64,000 nucleotides of DNA from an uncultured Nitrososphaeraceae archaeon (GCA_963779615.1 CAVZZA010000003.1:128001-192000); one strand, 5' to 3'; positions 1 through 12,062 are shown, counted from the first letter of the stretch. Made by a program: numbers and translations. The notes: a model not told the origin generated them from the sequence alone.

Positions 1-6
1 GTTTTG

Positions 7-683
7 CTATTTTACCTTTAGGGTAAGCTCTTCTCCGTAGCCTATAGGAACAGTGACAGACGTAACGAGTTCATTGTCTCCAATGTATTTAACATACTGA
101 GACATTGTTGACCTGTATTCCTCCGGGTATAAAATATTGTCCGTCACAATAAATCCCCCCTTTTTTAATAATGGTAGTGTCAAATCAAAATATTTGGTTA
201 GGTTTTCTTTGTCCGCGTCTAAAAAAACAAAATCAAACAAATTATCACTTCCATTCAGGGTTGTGCGATGATTGTCGGATAATTGAACAGGACATCTAAA
301 GCATTGCCCTCTATGATTTTTATTAGATCATGTACTTCTGCATCTGCAAAGTTTTTTTTGGCTCTTTTAATCTTTGATGGATCCTTTTCTATGGTAATAA
401 TGCTCTTTTTTACTTTTTGTGGCAAAATATTTTCCGTTTGAGACAACGCAAGTGCGAACCACAGGGTAGAATATCCGGCAGAGGTGCCAACCTCAAGGAT
501 TTTGTTTGCATTCATGGATGTTAACAGCATGTTCAGAAACCTGCCTGTGTCTTTGGTGATTGCGAGCATTAACTCGTTATCCGAAATGTTTGCTTGCCCT
601 GACCGCTCCAATCTTGATTGTCCCTCTAACCTATCCATCACAGTAATTATTTTTGAATGATTGTGAAAATTATCGGGGCACAT
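7..683 (-). CDS. SAM-dependent O-methyltransferase (Methyltransf_3/YrrM-like), split by one frameshift near 285
   Basis: ORF 255-683 has ILEVGTSAGYSTLW and TIEKD; ORF 7-240 has FDFVFLDADK and GGFIVTDNIL. Adding one base at TTCAA^TTA joins them (LF-K-LSDNHRTTLNGSDNLFDF). Confidence 0.8.
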
Positions 684-824
684 ATTTTTTCTTGTAATAC
701 CATCCGCACCACGCTTTATTATTATTAATGGTGTTTATGATACCCACGGAACCGTAATTTCATGCAGATTTAAGCAATTTCAACTTCCATATAGGCACCG
801 AGTTTATTTTTTTTCATTGCCTTG

Positions 825-1106
825 CTATCCTGCTCTCTTTATTATATGGTATCCAAACTCTGTCTTGATGGGCTCAGAGGTTAGTTCCCCCTTCTTGAGC
901 TTAAACGCGGCTTCTTCAAATGGTTTTACCATCATGCCCCTTCCAAATAAGCCTAAATCTCCACCTTTTTTTGCACTGCCTTTATCAATGGATAGCTCTT
1001 TGGCAAGGATTGTAAAACTTTCACCTTTCTTTAATCTTTCAAGTATTGAAATAGCCTCGCTTTGTTTCTTGACAAGTATATGAGAACATTTGATTTTGTC
1101 GGCCAA
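825..1106 (-). CDS. Parvulin-type peptidyl-prolyl cis-trans isomerase (single domain)
   Basis: [36 protein letters not shown] and TEFGYHII are all parvulin motifs. Confidence 0.95.
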   Translation of the reverse strand: MADKIKCSHILVKKQSEAISILERLKKGESFTILAKELSIDKGSAKKGGDLGLFGRGMMVKPFEEAAFKLKKGELTSEPIKTEFGYHIIKRAG

Positions 1107-1713
1107 TGTTTAGATCCTGTTTACTATCTAGGTAATCCGAATATAAATAAATATTACCTATATGATGGGGTTTCTATTCCCTAGCCAAATACAAAGCAAC
1201 GTTTACCCTATTTTTTTCTAGCCTAAAAGAGGACAATTACAGAACCAAATTGCAAGTACACCGAATTCAAAATAATCAGCAAAGAGTTTGCCATATCACA
1301 TGGTTTTATTGGATAACTCTATCTGCACCATTTTGAACAAAAAAAGTAGTAGCGTCTGAGGATGAAAACCAGTCGAAAGAGTGCACTCTGCAGACATCAT
1401 TCCGAGACAGGATAAACGATTGGTTGGGGAAGGAGAAAAAAACAAACAGCAATATTTTCAACTAGTGTTAATTAGACGATCTCTGGATGAGTTTGAAGAA
1501 AATAAACAGAACCATGAAAGGTAAACATCATTTTTACCTATGCAGATAAACCTCCTCCGGCCGTGAATGCGGATTTGCTATGTTTTTGGACATCGCCTGA
1601 CTTTATATAAATCAAATAAGCCAAGAGACATTGTTATTTAATTAAGGACCATTACATATTCCGTTCATTCCTGAAACCGTTGCAAATTGTTGTTTTTCTA
1701 TTATCTTTTTACC

Positions 1714-2634
1714 CTAGTCCAAAATTCTGAATTTAATTGTATTGTAGAAATATGACGCATTTCTTTCGATAAGATTCATTTTCCTTGGAGCCTTTTCCAA
1801 CCCCCTTTTTTTGGAGTTCAATGATGCAATGACGGAACCAGCCCCAAAGCAAAAAGCCCATAATGGATCTTTCTCTTTTAGGTAGGAACAGGAGAACCCC
1901 GATGTCAGTATGTCACCCAATCCCGTGCTATCTTGGCCTGAAATTTTGTTGAAAGACAGAGAATACAAAATGTTTTTATTTAAAAACAATACCTGGTTAT
2001 CCCCGGTGGAAATAACAAATTCCAGGCAGTATTTTTTTTTTAATAGTTTCATTCCCTCCACAGATGTAATCCCTTTTGTAAGAGCGGAGAGTTCCTCTTC
2101 ATCTGTTTTGATGGCGGTTACACCCCTAAAATCAAGGTCTAGATGTTTTTTATGCGAAATTGACCGTGTTTCATCATTGCAAAAACGTAAAAATCCTTGA
2201 GGATCTAGCATGATAAATTTTTCCTTTTTGGTTGTGTCAAAATTCTGAAAAACATCGTTTGGGATTTCATCCATCACTGGGCTCAATATAAGACCATCAA
2301 GGTTATCCACATCCTGATAGGAAATATCAATAGGAGAACACTTGGATAATAGGAAAAGTTTTCTGCCCCCATCCTTGTCCAAATATAGTTGAAATCGCGT
2401 TGTTGGGTTCTTCTCGTCTATTTGATCTTTTTTAATTGAAATACCATTTTCTTTCAAGAATGCTTCCTTATCAGAAATGTCATTACCCACTTTAGTAAAC
2501 AAAACAACATCCAGCTTGAAGGTTTTTGCAATAACTGAAGCATAACATGCAGGTCCTCCGAGGCTTTCGATTGTTGTTCCCTCACTATCTATTATTGAAT
2601 CTATAACAATATGGGAGGCAATACCTACTTTCAT
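1714..2634 (-). CDS. PfkB/ribokinase-family carbohydrate kinase
   Basis: N-terminal LGGPACYAS, DPQGFLR, and C-terminal DSTGLGD anion-hole motif. Confidence 0.85.
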   Translation of the reverse strand: MKVGIASHIVIDSIIDSEGTTIESLGGPACYASVIAKTFKLDVVLFTKVGNDISDKEAFLKENGISIKKDQIDEKNPTTRFQLYLDKDGGRKLFLLSKCSPIDISYQDVDNLDGLILSPVMDEIPNDVFQNFDTTKKEKFIMLDPQGFLRFCNDETRSISHKKHLDLDFRGVTAIKTDEEELSALTKGITSVEGMKLLKKKYCLEFVISTGDNQVLFLNKNILYSLSFNKISGQDSTGLGDILTSGFSCSYLKEKDPLWAFCFGAGSVIASLNSKKRGLEKAPRKMNLIERNASYFYNTIKFRILD

Positions 2635-3245
2635 GAAATCATCAGTTCATATGTAAAAATTTTAATTAATATAATAAGGTTATTGTATGCATCAGAGCAA
2701 GAAACAAATTTTAAAACTAATTGATGTCAAAAAAATAAAGTGGCGGATTAGGCATGAAGATTAGGCATGTAAACGAGGGTGATGAGAGAGAGGGAGAGGG
2801 TTTCCTAGTGGGGTTAGCATTAATAACATCCAGTTTCACCACCTTCCTCATGTGCAAGGTGTTTCCCACAATATGATTCACGTTAAATGGATGAATGTTT
2901 CAACATTAGATCAGTTCTTTGTCCTGCAGATGCACTGTTTTCAAGAATTGCTTTTTGTAATGGTTTGATGTCAACAATCAGGCACAAGTGTAATGGATCT
3001 AAATCGATAGGGGACTCATCCTCAAGAAAATAATAATAACAATAACAATAATAATCTGCAACTCTCTTTTTCCTGGACACCATCACTGATTCGCACCCAT
3101 ATCAAACCATGTAGAGTCACAAGACACAATCAACGAAATTCATGTGTTTGCGAGCACATGTACTTTCTTTCTTTGCCTCCTGACTGTGCACTATAGCCCT
3201 TGATAATCGATTACTTAAATACTACAGATTACTTATAGCATTTTA

Positions 3246-3686
3246 ATGAAAAAGCTGTTTACCCTGAGAGGTATTGTTACCATTGGAATAATAGTCCTTT
3301 TGGGATCAACAACGATTGCCGAAACGACCTTTAGAGAAGCATTTGCGCCTAACAACGGTCGAGCTGCCATATCCGCCATCACAGGTGACAACGTCTACGT
3401 AGCATGGTGGACAAACACGACAGCCAACAAAAATGAAGATGTTTTATTTAGAGCATCTACGGACGGAGGAAATACCTTCAATGACAAGATTAACTTGAGT
3501 AACTCACCCACCTCCAATTCATCAAGGGTAGAGATAAGCTCAGACGCAGATAACGTAGTAGTCACATGGTGGGAGGCAAATCAGACAGCTGATACACCAG
3601 TTATGCGGATAAGCAATGATAATGGATACACATTTGGGCCCGTGTTGACACTTGCTGTCAATGGAACTATTGGTGCTACCGATTAA
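3246..3686 (+). CDS. Small secreted protein with two Asp-box/BNR motifs
   Basis: Signal peptide MKKLFTLRGIVTIGIIVLLG; Asp-boxes STDGGNTF and SNDNGYTF; several N-x-T/S sequons; TATA-like CTTAAATA at ~3214. Confidence 0.75.
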   Translation: MKKLFTLRGIVTIGIIVLLGSTTIAETTFREAFAPNNGRAAISAITGDNVYVAWWTNTTANKNEDVLFRASTDGGNTFNDKINLSNSPTSNSSRVEISSDADNVVVTWWEANQTADTPVMRISNDNGYTFGPVLTLAVNGTIGATD

Positions 3687-4442
3687 AAGGAAAATAATGA
3701 GAATCAAAATTGTCGCTGTTGGTTTGTCCTCCCTATATGGCACCTGGGAATCTATATCATATTCCCCTCCCGCCTTTTTCCAATAAACACATCATTTTTT
3801 TTCTTTTTCTACTTCCTGTTCAACTAATATTCAACTACCACCGCATTTTCTCTTTGGATTTGTCGAGAGCATCGTTAAGCTACAACCGTAAGTATAAGAA
3901 ATCCGTGTTTGCTGCAAGGGACAATCAGGATCAATGTTTGGCAGCTTGTTCTTATCTGTTATCTTGTCGTCATTTTCTATATGTTATTGGCAATTTGCCA
4001 GCCTAACTTTATCCCGTCCCTTCAGTGAGTATCATTTTGGGAATCCTCAAGGATTCTGTCATTTATGAAAACTAGGACATCATTTCAAGCCCTATTTCTT
4101 ATACATGACATGTCTTGGAAGGACATGCCTAAAACATACTGCAAAGTGTAACAATATTCATGTTAACACGGCTCAAGTCCGTAACTTTGGAATTATTTTT
4201 ACATAATACGACACAATTCCATCATGTCTGTTGCTTCAAATTCAACTAGTGTCGTAAAGTGTTCTTTTGGCGCACCAACATTTTGGTACACTCACTCTTA
4301 TGGGTGTTCGTTTCCCAGTGTGACAAATGCCATGACAGCCAATACTGCCTTTGGATGGATACAATTAATTGTTTTTATTTTTTTGGGCATTTTAAGTCAC
4401 TAAATATAATTCTCGTTTATTAGAAACCATGAGTATTACTTT

Positions 4443-5807
4443 TTGATCGACGTGAGAAACGGCCCTTTAAAGATTTTCTCGATTAGTTCTTTTCTTAGGT
4501 CAAGGTTTGACTGCAAGAGGCTTTTGGTTCTCATGCTAGTTGTGATTATCACGGTTATGCTGGATTCAGAGATTGGTTATGTTGCGGACTTCATTCCCCA
4601 GCAACTATCGTCAAACTGGGGAATTGCCTTGTTCACAAGCATAGCAATAATATTTGCAATAGCGCAATACTTTATGATAGCCAAAGCCAATCAAAGTAAC
4701 AAGGATACAAGATCTAGAGCACTTCATCTCAATGTTACGCATATCATAGTATCCGTTTCACAGTGCATCCTGGCCGGAATACTTGCTTTTGTTATTTTGC
4801 AGATATTGATGACACAGCAGTACAGCATTGTAACGCTGTATGTATCCCATGTTATTAGCTATGGACTTTGGATCATTACTTTGGGATTTCTAGCCAAAGC
4901 CTTTTTCTCCTGGTACAAAAGGTCTGAAAAAAACGTTATGGTGCTAATACTCACCTTATCAATGATTGCATATGCAGTTAACGGCGTAATAATCTTGTTT
5001 ACCTACCTCGATATCCTGACACAACAAAAGCCAATAATATCATCAATGGACGTGGCGCATTTTCCAGAATTTTCCATTGCTTCAATCGGAGGCCAGATTG
5101 CGACTGCCAATATTGCAGCTTCTAGTGCTGCTTATGTCCTTACGTGGATAGGGACCGTCAAGCTGTTATCCCCATTTATCCAAAGACTTGGAAAAATCAA
5201 ATTCTGGATGATAATGAGTGCAACCATGGTGTATTATCTCATATCATTTCCTCTTTTTGTATTGGGATATTACACCCCATCAGACGGTATAGACGCAATG
5301 ACAAACATCCTCATCTTTTCACTCGGTGGAATTTCCACAGGGATCATATTTGGAGCCGCTTTTTTATCTGTTGCAAGAACTTTGCCAAAGCAGACCGCGC
5401 TCAGAGACCATATTACAATGTCTGCTTATGGCTTTCTTCTTTTTTATATTGCTGGATCCGCTATTGCTGCTCAGGCAGCGTATCCACCATATGGACTTGC
5501 ATCACTGTCTTTCACGGGTTTATCATGCTATTTGATATACTCAGGCCTATACTCTTCAGCTGTTACCGTATCACAGGATACAGCATTGCGCCAATCAATC
5601 AGAAGGTCAGTAACCGAGCAATCAAAGTTGCTTGACAGTATAGGTACGGCTCACCTAGAGCAAGAACTACAATCGATTGTTTTGGCGATTACCAAAAAGT
5701 ATTCTGACTCGATGATGGAAGATACAGGAGTTGAGGCATCAATGACAGAAAACGACATAAAAAAGTACATACAGAGGGTTAGGGATGAAATGCAGAAGAG
5801 GTCCTGA
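4443..5807 (+). CDS. Polytopic (~10 TM) membrane protein of unknown function with a cytoplasmic helical C-terminal tail
   Basis: 454-aa ORF with repeated hydrophobic segments and tail QDTALRQSIRR...LLDSIGTA...TGVEAS...DIKKY; homologous to the N-terminal region of the kinase at 17425-20536. Confidence 0.85.
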   Translation: MIDVRNGPLKIFSISSFLRSRFDCKRLLVLMLVVIITVMLDSEIGYVADFIPQQLSSNWGIALFTSIAIIFAIAQYFMIAKANQSNKDTRSRALHLNVTHIIVSVSQCILAGILAFVILQILMTQQYSIVTLYVSHVISYGLWIITLGFLAKAFFSWYKRSEKNVMVLILTLSMIAYAVNGVIILFTYLDILTQQKPIISSMDVAHFPEFSIASIGGQIATANIAASSAAYVLTWIGTVKLLSPFIQRLGKIKFWMIMSATMVYYLISFPLFVLGYYTPSDGIDAMTNILIFSLGGISTGIIFGAAFLSVARTLPKQTALRDHITMSAYGFLLFYIAGSAIAAQAAYPPYGLASLSFTGLSCYLIYSGLYSSAVTVSQDTALRQSIRRSVTEQSKLLDSIGTAHLEQELQSIVLAITKKYSDSMMEDTGVEASMTENDIKKYIQRVRDEMQKRS

Positions 5808-5808
5808 C

Positions 5809-5858
5809 TGACTGGCATTTACAAAAGAACGCCCAATGCTTTTACAAATTGCCAGTCA
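5809..5858 (+). terminator. Imperfect inverted repeat immediately after the stop codon (possible terminator or 3' hairpin)
   Basis: TGACTGGCA(5809)...TGCCAGTCA(5858) is a perfect 9-bp outer stem, with inner AAAAG/CTTTT pairing. Confidence 0.35.
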
Positions 5859-6457
5859 TTTATATCGTAATGGTCATTTATTATATACATAGACGACATC
5901 AAGAAATAAATATACATAGCGTTACCAATTTTTTATAAATTTTATTTTTGATGTGCCTTAGCAACCCATCCCTAGTCAACAAGGCCGCTGGTATGCGATA
6001 CAGCAACCAAAACCATAAACCCGTACTTATACTTAGGAACATGAGTATATCAAACATATTCAAATAAAAAGTGTTTCAGTCATTTTTTTTACATCACTTA
6101 ATTGCATATTCACTTCATTAAATAGAAATGACGCAAATATTAGATTCAACTGGAATTCCATGAATAATTTAAGAAGTGAAGACATTTAATGGAATGAAGT
6201 CATCCAATAGAATTTTCATGGATTTGCCTTGGGAAATGTTTTTGGAGGTTCATTTAAGCCTTTAACGGGCCATTCAGTCGATACAGATATGTCACAAAAG
6301 AATAAAAAGTCATATACAACTTAATCATGTTGAACTTTTGATCAGGAATTCCACAGGTCTTTTATAGAGTCTAAATTGCAACTGCCGGGAGAAGAAAAGT
6401 GTTCAAGTAAAAAGAGTCGACATATCTATTAAATAATCCAGATTCCACATAACATAA

Positions 6458-6805
6458 ATGAGTCAACACAATTCTACGGCAAAAGAAGAAATGGACTATC
6501 CCTGCATTAGTGGTAAGAGTGTTTACGACCTTCTTGCCAAAATTCCCCTAGGGAAAGTTTCCACTTATGGCGACATAGCAAAGGCATTGGGGCATCCTGG
6601 AGCATCTAGGGCAATAGGCAGGATTATCGCAAATAACCCAAATCCGATAGTGATTCCATGTCACAGAGTTGTCAAATCTAGTGGCGAAATCGGTGGTTTC
6701 AAGTATGGTGAAAACAGGAAGAAAGAGATACTTGAAAGAGAAGGCGTTAAAATAGAAAATAGAATTGTGAAAGACTTCAAAAAGTTCAGATTTGTTTTTG
6801 AATAG
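6458..6805 (+). CDS. ogt: MGMT-family methylated-DNA-protein-cysteine methyltransferase (C-terminal domain only)
   Basis: GKVSTYGDIAKALG, SRAIG and active-site IPCHRVV. Confidence 0.9.
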   Translation: MSQHNSTAKEEMDYPCISGKSVYDLLAKIPLGKVSTYGDIAKALGHPGASRAIGRIIANNPNPIVIPCHRVVKSSGEIGGFKYGENRKKEILEREGVKIENRIVKDFKKFRFVFE

Positions 6806-7345
6806 GCAGAGTCCTTGTTTCATCCCAGTATTGAGTGATACAAGGTTGGATAATTCCAAAAGATCATGCAATTATCAACGCAAAGGATAAAGTGTGGCAG
6901 AAATCTAGGTTTTATTTTTTTCATTGGCAAAATGTAATTATTAAAAAAATTTATTTTAAAAAAAACATAGAAATTGAGTTGTTATTGCATTATGTCCATG
7001 AGTGCTTTTTTTTGGAGGCAGGCATCATTCTACTCATAGTCTAGTAACAAAATCAAGGAATGTGGACAGGCCGAATGTAATTGTCTTTTTGTTAATGGAT
7101 ATAGCAGTATGAAGGCATCCATTAGGTCATCAACTGAGAAATGAACCGACTATCCCTTGTTTTACAGGCACTCCCGCCGATATTATCAGGATGCCATAAT
7201 TTATGAGATCCTAATTTAATTTAATTTAATTTAATTTGTTTAATTTTTAATTGTTTAATTTTCTCCCAAGACACATATCATAACAATAGTTGTTTAAGAT
7301 GATAGAAAAATCTAATACTAAAAGGAAATCAAATAACAATGCTGA

Positions 7346-8565
7346 ATGGCTGACTACCCCAATTCAATTTTGATAACCCTGTTTGTCTTTCAAGTGATTA
7401 TTTTTTTTAGTTGGACATTCTTTCTAGCCTACTCCATTAAATCAATTAGGCAAGTCCCAAAACTACAATCTCCTAGAACTATTTGTACAAATACCAATTG
7501 CCCAATGGTAAGCATCATACTTCCATCAAGAAATGAAGTAAGATACATAGAAAAATGTCTTGACAGCCTACTAGGCAGGACTATGCGAATTACGAAATAA
7601 TAGCTGTTAATGACTCCTCAACAGATAGGACAGGAGAGATAATTGAAAGATATAGCAGGGCCCATAGTAAAATAATCTATGTTGATGCGGAAGAAAAGCC
7701 AAAGGGATGGACTGGAAAGAATTGGGCTTGCTATCAGGGATATCTTTACTCAAAGGGGTCCCTTTTTCTTTTCACCGATGCTGACACGACCCATTCTGCA
7801 TCGACTATTTCGTTAGCAGTTACCCATTTGATGACAGGTGGTCTTGATGCACTTACTGCAATACCCAAAATATTGGCATATGATTTTTGGACAAAGGTTA
7901 CTTTACCCGTACTTTGGACATTCTCCTTGGCCAGATATTCCGCATTAAAGGCAAATAATCCTAAAACAAAGGTAGGGTATTTTTTTGGATGTTTTTTCAT
8001 AATAACAAGAAATGCTTATGAAAAAGTTGGCACCCACAAATCGGTCAGAGAAGAAATCATAGAGGATGGGGAATTGGGGAGAAAAGTCAAAGAACAGGGT
8101 TTCAGCCTCAGGGTTGTTCATGGCGAAAAACACATAAATGCAGTGTGGGCAAGAGATCCCTCCACTTTATGGCACGGACTACGCAGACTTATGATTCCTT
8201 TGTTTAGAAAGGAGAAAATAAAGGCATCTATGATGGTTGTTGCAACATTTATTTTACTTTTGCTCCCTTTAATCATTCTACCATTCTCAGCTATAACCGC
8301 TCTAAACGGAAAGGACGCCAACATCACTACGATAAACAATTATTCAACATCATTGGTTCTGCTATTTCTTACAATAACATCCATCTTATTATCAACAGTA
8401 ACAAACATTTTACAGCTAAAGTATATGGTATTTCAAAATCTATTGTATTCACTATCTTTTCCTTTAGCAGGATCCTTTGTTTTTATTGCGTTTCTTTCAT
8501 CTATTTTTGACAGCAGAAAGGAAAATGCTGTGAATTGGCGGGACAGAAAATACTCAATCAGATAA
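7346..8565 (+). CDS. Membrane glycosyltransferase family 2, one frameshift near 7575
   Basis: VSIILPSRNE, then in a second frame QDYANYEIIAVNDSSTDRT, GWTGKNWAC, FTDAD, GCFFII, IIEDGELG and C-terminal TM helices. Confidence 0.85.
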
Positions 8566-9181
8566 CATTAAACATAAAAAATTGCCAACCCATGGCAAAA
8601 TGCAATGATGCAGAATTTTTGTTTTTGAAATGAATGCGCAGCACAATTTAGAGATAACGGCATCCAGCAACAGCAAGACACACAGTTTCCATGCCTTTTG
8701 TCGTCAAGTATTCCCTCTACCGAGCACAAAAAAAATCATGAACGTATTAATCAAATGGAAAGCAAGGTGACAGAAGGTTTGAGAAGGTCATTGTGATCTG
8801 CAGGAGGATTTTCAGATCAGCAATAAAGAGAACATGAGGAAATTCTCCAACACACCTAAAACAGTTTCGTCTAATTTGGACTAGGAGGTTTGCGGAGACG
8901 CGAAAATAAGGTGACTGATGTCATTTTGCTGAAATAGGGATTTTGGAAAAAGATGGCAGTGCCGGTTTAACATGCCAACAATTTGTGAAGGGTATTTACA
9001 CCGGTTCCCTTCTTATTAGGTGAATACACGCCTCAAGGTTTAGACTTGGCAAAGATAATGCAACTACCACCACAATAGGGATAAAACAACAACAACTTTT
9101 ACCAGAAGAAAAGCTGCTCTAAAAAAATTTAACCTTTTTTTTATGAAAGAAATTTAAATATTTGCCTACAGCAATATAATT

Positions 9182-9637
9182 ATGAAAAGTATTCATTTGT
9201 TATTGCTTTCGGTGTTTTTAATACCCCTAATGCAATCTGCCTATGCACAATCTACAATGAATCAAAGCGGTAGCCCTATTGTTAATCAACCAGCAGGTAC
9301 GGATAATCCTGTGAATAAACCTGGAGACAGGTTCGGACTCATAGAGGACACCCCTAATTACAACAAGTATATACCCAATACAGGGCCCGACTCAAACAAC
9401 GCCTTAATAGGGCCAGCACAACCATCCACTAATTCAGGCAGCGGCGGCAACGGTACCTCCAATACAGCTACTTCTAGTAACGCATCATCCAATAATTCAG
9501 GCAGCGGCGGCAACGGTACCTCCAATACGGCTAATCCAATTGGCGGAGCGTTAGCAAACACGACAAAGTCAGTTGGTGAGGCTTTGGAAAAAGGTATCTC
9601 AGGTATTATGAATCTTGGAAATAATTCTGCAAAGTAG
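9182..9637 (+). CDS. Secreted low-complexity (N/S/G/T-rich) hypothetical protein
   Basis: Signal peptide ending AYAQ; duplicated NSGSGGNGTSNTA; TATA-like TTTAAATA at ~9153. Confidence 0.7.
   Translation: MKSIHLLLLSVFLIPLMQSAYAQSTMNQSGSPIVNQPAGTDNPVNKPGDRFGLIEDTPNYNKYIPNTGPDSNNALIGPAQPSTNSGSGGNGTSNTATSSNASSNNSGSGGNGTSNTANPIGGALANTTKSVGEALEKGISGIMNLGNNSAK
9430..9528 (+). repeat. 36-bp intragenic direct repeat (2 copies, 63 bp apart)
   Basis: TAATTCAGGCAGCGGCGGCAACGGTACCTCCAATAC at 9430 and 9493. Confidence 0.9.
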
Positions 9638-10005
9638 GATGGACACGACTATCCTTATCATCAGTCACATACACAGTATTCAAGTTTAAAATCCAAACCA
9701 ATGATTCGTATTTCATAACCAAAACCTTTTTCTGATTACAAAAGGCATAATGTTAAATTACAAGAATGTCTACAAATTCAATATTTTTTGGTTCTGTTGA
9801 TTCCCTTAATATTGGCAATGAATATTTCATTGCATTTGCTTCTGATTACAAAAGAGATCTATCAATGTTAACAATGGATAACTAACATAAAGGAGAAACC
9901 AAATGATAACTAAGGTAGATATGTCTTTTTTTCCAGAACACCTGATACCCATTGTTACAAATTCTTATCGTATTGTAAAATATTCAGGGCCAAAACAGAG
10001 TAACT

Positions 10006-10527
10006 ATGAAGAAAACAACTCAAAGTAATATTAAAGGCAATACATCATTAACAGTTATGTTTGAAACATTTTTCAAAGGATACGAACTGGATTTTTTAAT
10101 TGATATTGGTATCTCCTTATTAGCGGGTTTCATCATAGGCACTGAAAGGGAGTTAAAAGGCAAGCCAGCGGGTATTAGTACCCATTCATTGGTTATAGGC
10201 GGTTCAATGATTTTTACATTCTTGTCTTCTCAAGTAGACCCAACATCCACTTCAAGAATTGCCGCACAAATTGTTTCAGGAATAGGTTTTCTTGGAGCAG
10301 GAGTAATACTTAAAGGCGAGGTTCAAGGTAAAACAGAGACTGAAATTCATCAGAGTGGCCGCAGGGTTGTGAATTTAACCACAGCAGCAAGCATATGGTT
10401 TTCTGGAGCCATTGGAATGGCTATTGGCTTTAACTATTATTTTATAGCACTTGTATCAGTTGGGTTCGTTGTTATTGTTTCACGTTTGCCAAGGTTCAGG
10501 AAAACCGATAATACAGATAATGAATAA
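10006..10527 (+). CDS. MgtC/SapB family membrane protein
   Basis: IIGTERE, AGISTHSLV, RIAAQIVSGIGFLGAGVI, LTTAASIW...AIGMAIG. Confidence 0.9.
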   Translation: MKKTTQSNIKGNTSLTVMFETFFKGYELDFLIDIGISLLAGFIIGTERELKGKPAGISTHSLVIGGSMIFTFLSSQVDPTSTSRIAAQIVSGIGFLGAGVILKGEVQGKTETEIHQSGRRVVNLTTAASIWFSGAIGMAIGFNYYFIALVSVGFVVIVSRLPRFRKTDNTDNE

Positions 10528-10633
10528 GACATATCCAAAAGTCATCCAATCCATATGGAAATCAAACTATCTTTTGAGTTTAATGATTAGCAGATAAAGA
10601 TAAAAAAAGATTACCACATTACCTAAATTGTAA

Positions 10634-11284
10634 TTGGTTTCCATGAAATGGCTTTCTTGGCTGAAAGGCAATGATAAGGCGATTATTGAAATGTTAGATA
10701 AACAGGCTGCCAATTTGGTAAAAGCAACAGCAGTTTTAGTTGAAATAATATCAGAAAGCAAGGAAGAAAACATCAACAATGAGAAAATATCCCAAATCAG
10801 GGATTTAGAACACGAAGGAGACAACATGACTCACAATTTATTTATTGTTTTGACCCAGACATTTGTAACACCGTTAGATAGGGAGGACATTTCAGGCCTT
10901 GCTAGCGCAATAGATGAAGTACTAGACTACACTGATGGAACCGCAGATAGGTTTTTGATATTCAACATAAAAAGGTCTACACCCTATATGATTGAGCTTT
11001 CCAAGATTCTCCATTCCGCAACCAATGAAATACATCTTGCGGTCAGTATGCTGAAAAAAATGAGAAACGCTTCAGAACTGACAACACACTGCATCAATAT
11101 AAAAAAGTTTGAACACCAGGCAGATGCAATATACAGAAAAGCAATTGCCGAGTTATTTGAAGAAAACAATAACGCAATTGAGATAATAAAGTTAAAAGAA
11201 TTATACGAAAATTTTGAATCTTCCTTAGATAGATGCCAAGACGTATCTGACATAATAGAAGATATTGCCCTTAAATATGGTTAG
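10634..11284 (+). CDS. DUF47 / PhoU-like phosphate transport regulator
   Basis: LEHEGD, TFVTPLDREDI, EHQAD, DRCQDVSDIIE; lies upstream of a PiT gene. Confidence 0.9.
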   Translation: MVSMKWLSWLKGNDKAIIEMLDKQAANLVKATAVLVEIISESKEENINNEKISQIRDLEHEGDNMTHNLFIVLTQTFVTPLDREDISGLASAIDEVLDYTDGTADRFLIFNIKRSTPYMIELSKILHSATNEIHLAVSMLKKMRNASELTTHCINIKKFEHQADAIYRKAIAELFEENNNAIEIIKLKELYENFESSLDRCQDVSDIIEDIALKYG

Positions 11285-11296
11285 ATATGCTAAGTA

Positions 11297-11964
11297 GGCT
11301 CTGTTAACTTAAGAGCTTATTCCGCTATTGGGGTAATAGGCAAACAGATTCAACCATTGTTTTACATGCTTTAGTTTGCATTTCTTTTTTCGGCATGGAA
11401 AGTAGTCGTCAAAGCATTCTGTCCTGTCCTTGATGTACTGCACCGTCCTTTCTATCAGGCTTTTCTCAAAAGGGGAATGCAAATGGTGTTTCAGTTTCAG
11501 GAACCTGCATGCTTGCGGATACCAGATGCCCCCCATCGGTGGAAACCGGATGCCTTCCATACCTATTTGTCAGAGATGCAATAAACCGCTCGGCAACAAG
11601 TATTGCTCTTTCAACTGACACATCAATCCGAAGGATTTACCTGTGTTTTGGCTCAATTGCAGCCCAGAGCCATATGCATTGAGAGCCAACCTTAATCTGG
11701 GTTTCATCAACAACATACCCATGAACCTTTTTTCTCCTGGTTTATAGTCTCTTTGGCTTGTGTTTTTGAATCCATTTCCAGACTGATACATGGCTCCTTT
11801 TCACAAACCTTTTCAACGCCTTTGCGGTGCTTCTATAGTAGAGACCCGGGAAGTGAAGATATAGGGAACAGGCAATATCTTTCGGTTTGGTTCTCTGCCT
11901 TCTGTATATCAATATTGCTTATGGCATAATCGCGACTATAGCTTTTTCTTGAGTTAACAGAGTC
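11297..11964 (-). mobile_element. IS6-family insertion sequence with degenerate transposase
   Basis: Left TIR GGCTCTGTTAACTTAAGA (11297); right TIR reverse-complements to GACTCTGTTAACTCAAGA (ends 11964). Flanks are GCTAAGTA/GCTAAATA (8-bp TSD, 1 mismatch). Transposase fragments SHVSVWKWIQK and KSLIERTVQYIKDRTECFDDYFPC contain stops and frameshifts. Confidence 0.9.
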
Positions 11965-12062
11965 GCTAAATATTACACCTGCAATAAATCTCATGAAAGA
12001 CGGTATGTATCAATAGAATAGAAAGATATAGTCCTCCCTTACAAGTCCAAATATATCTGGCT

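Noticed and set aside
4080-4340. Recurring CATGAC/CATGTC words in intergenic DNA (also ~13570, 27502, 36385, 50066, 59416)
   Set aside because: The motif is too short to judge enrichment by eye; it needs a k-mer count against background.
7212-7262. (AATTT)n low-complexity tract
   Set aside because: It is a simple AT-rich slippage run with no further structure.
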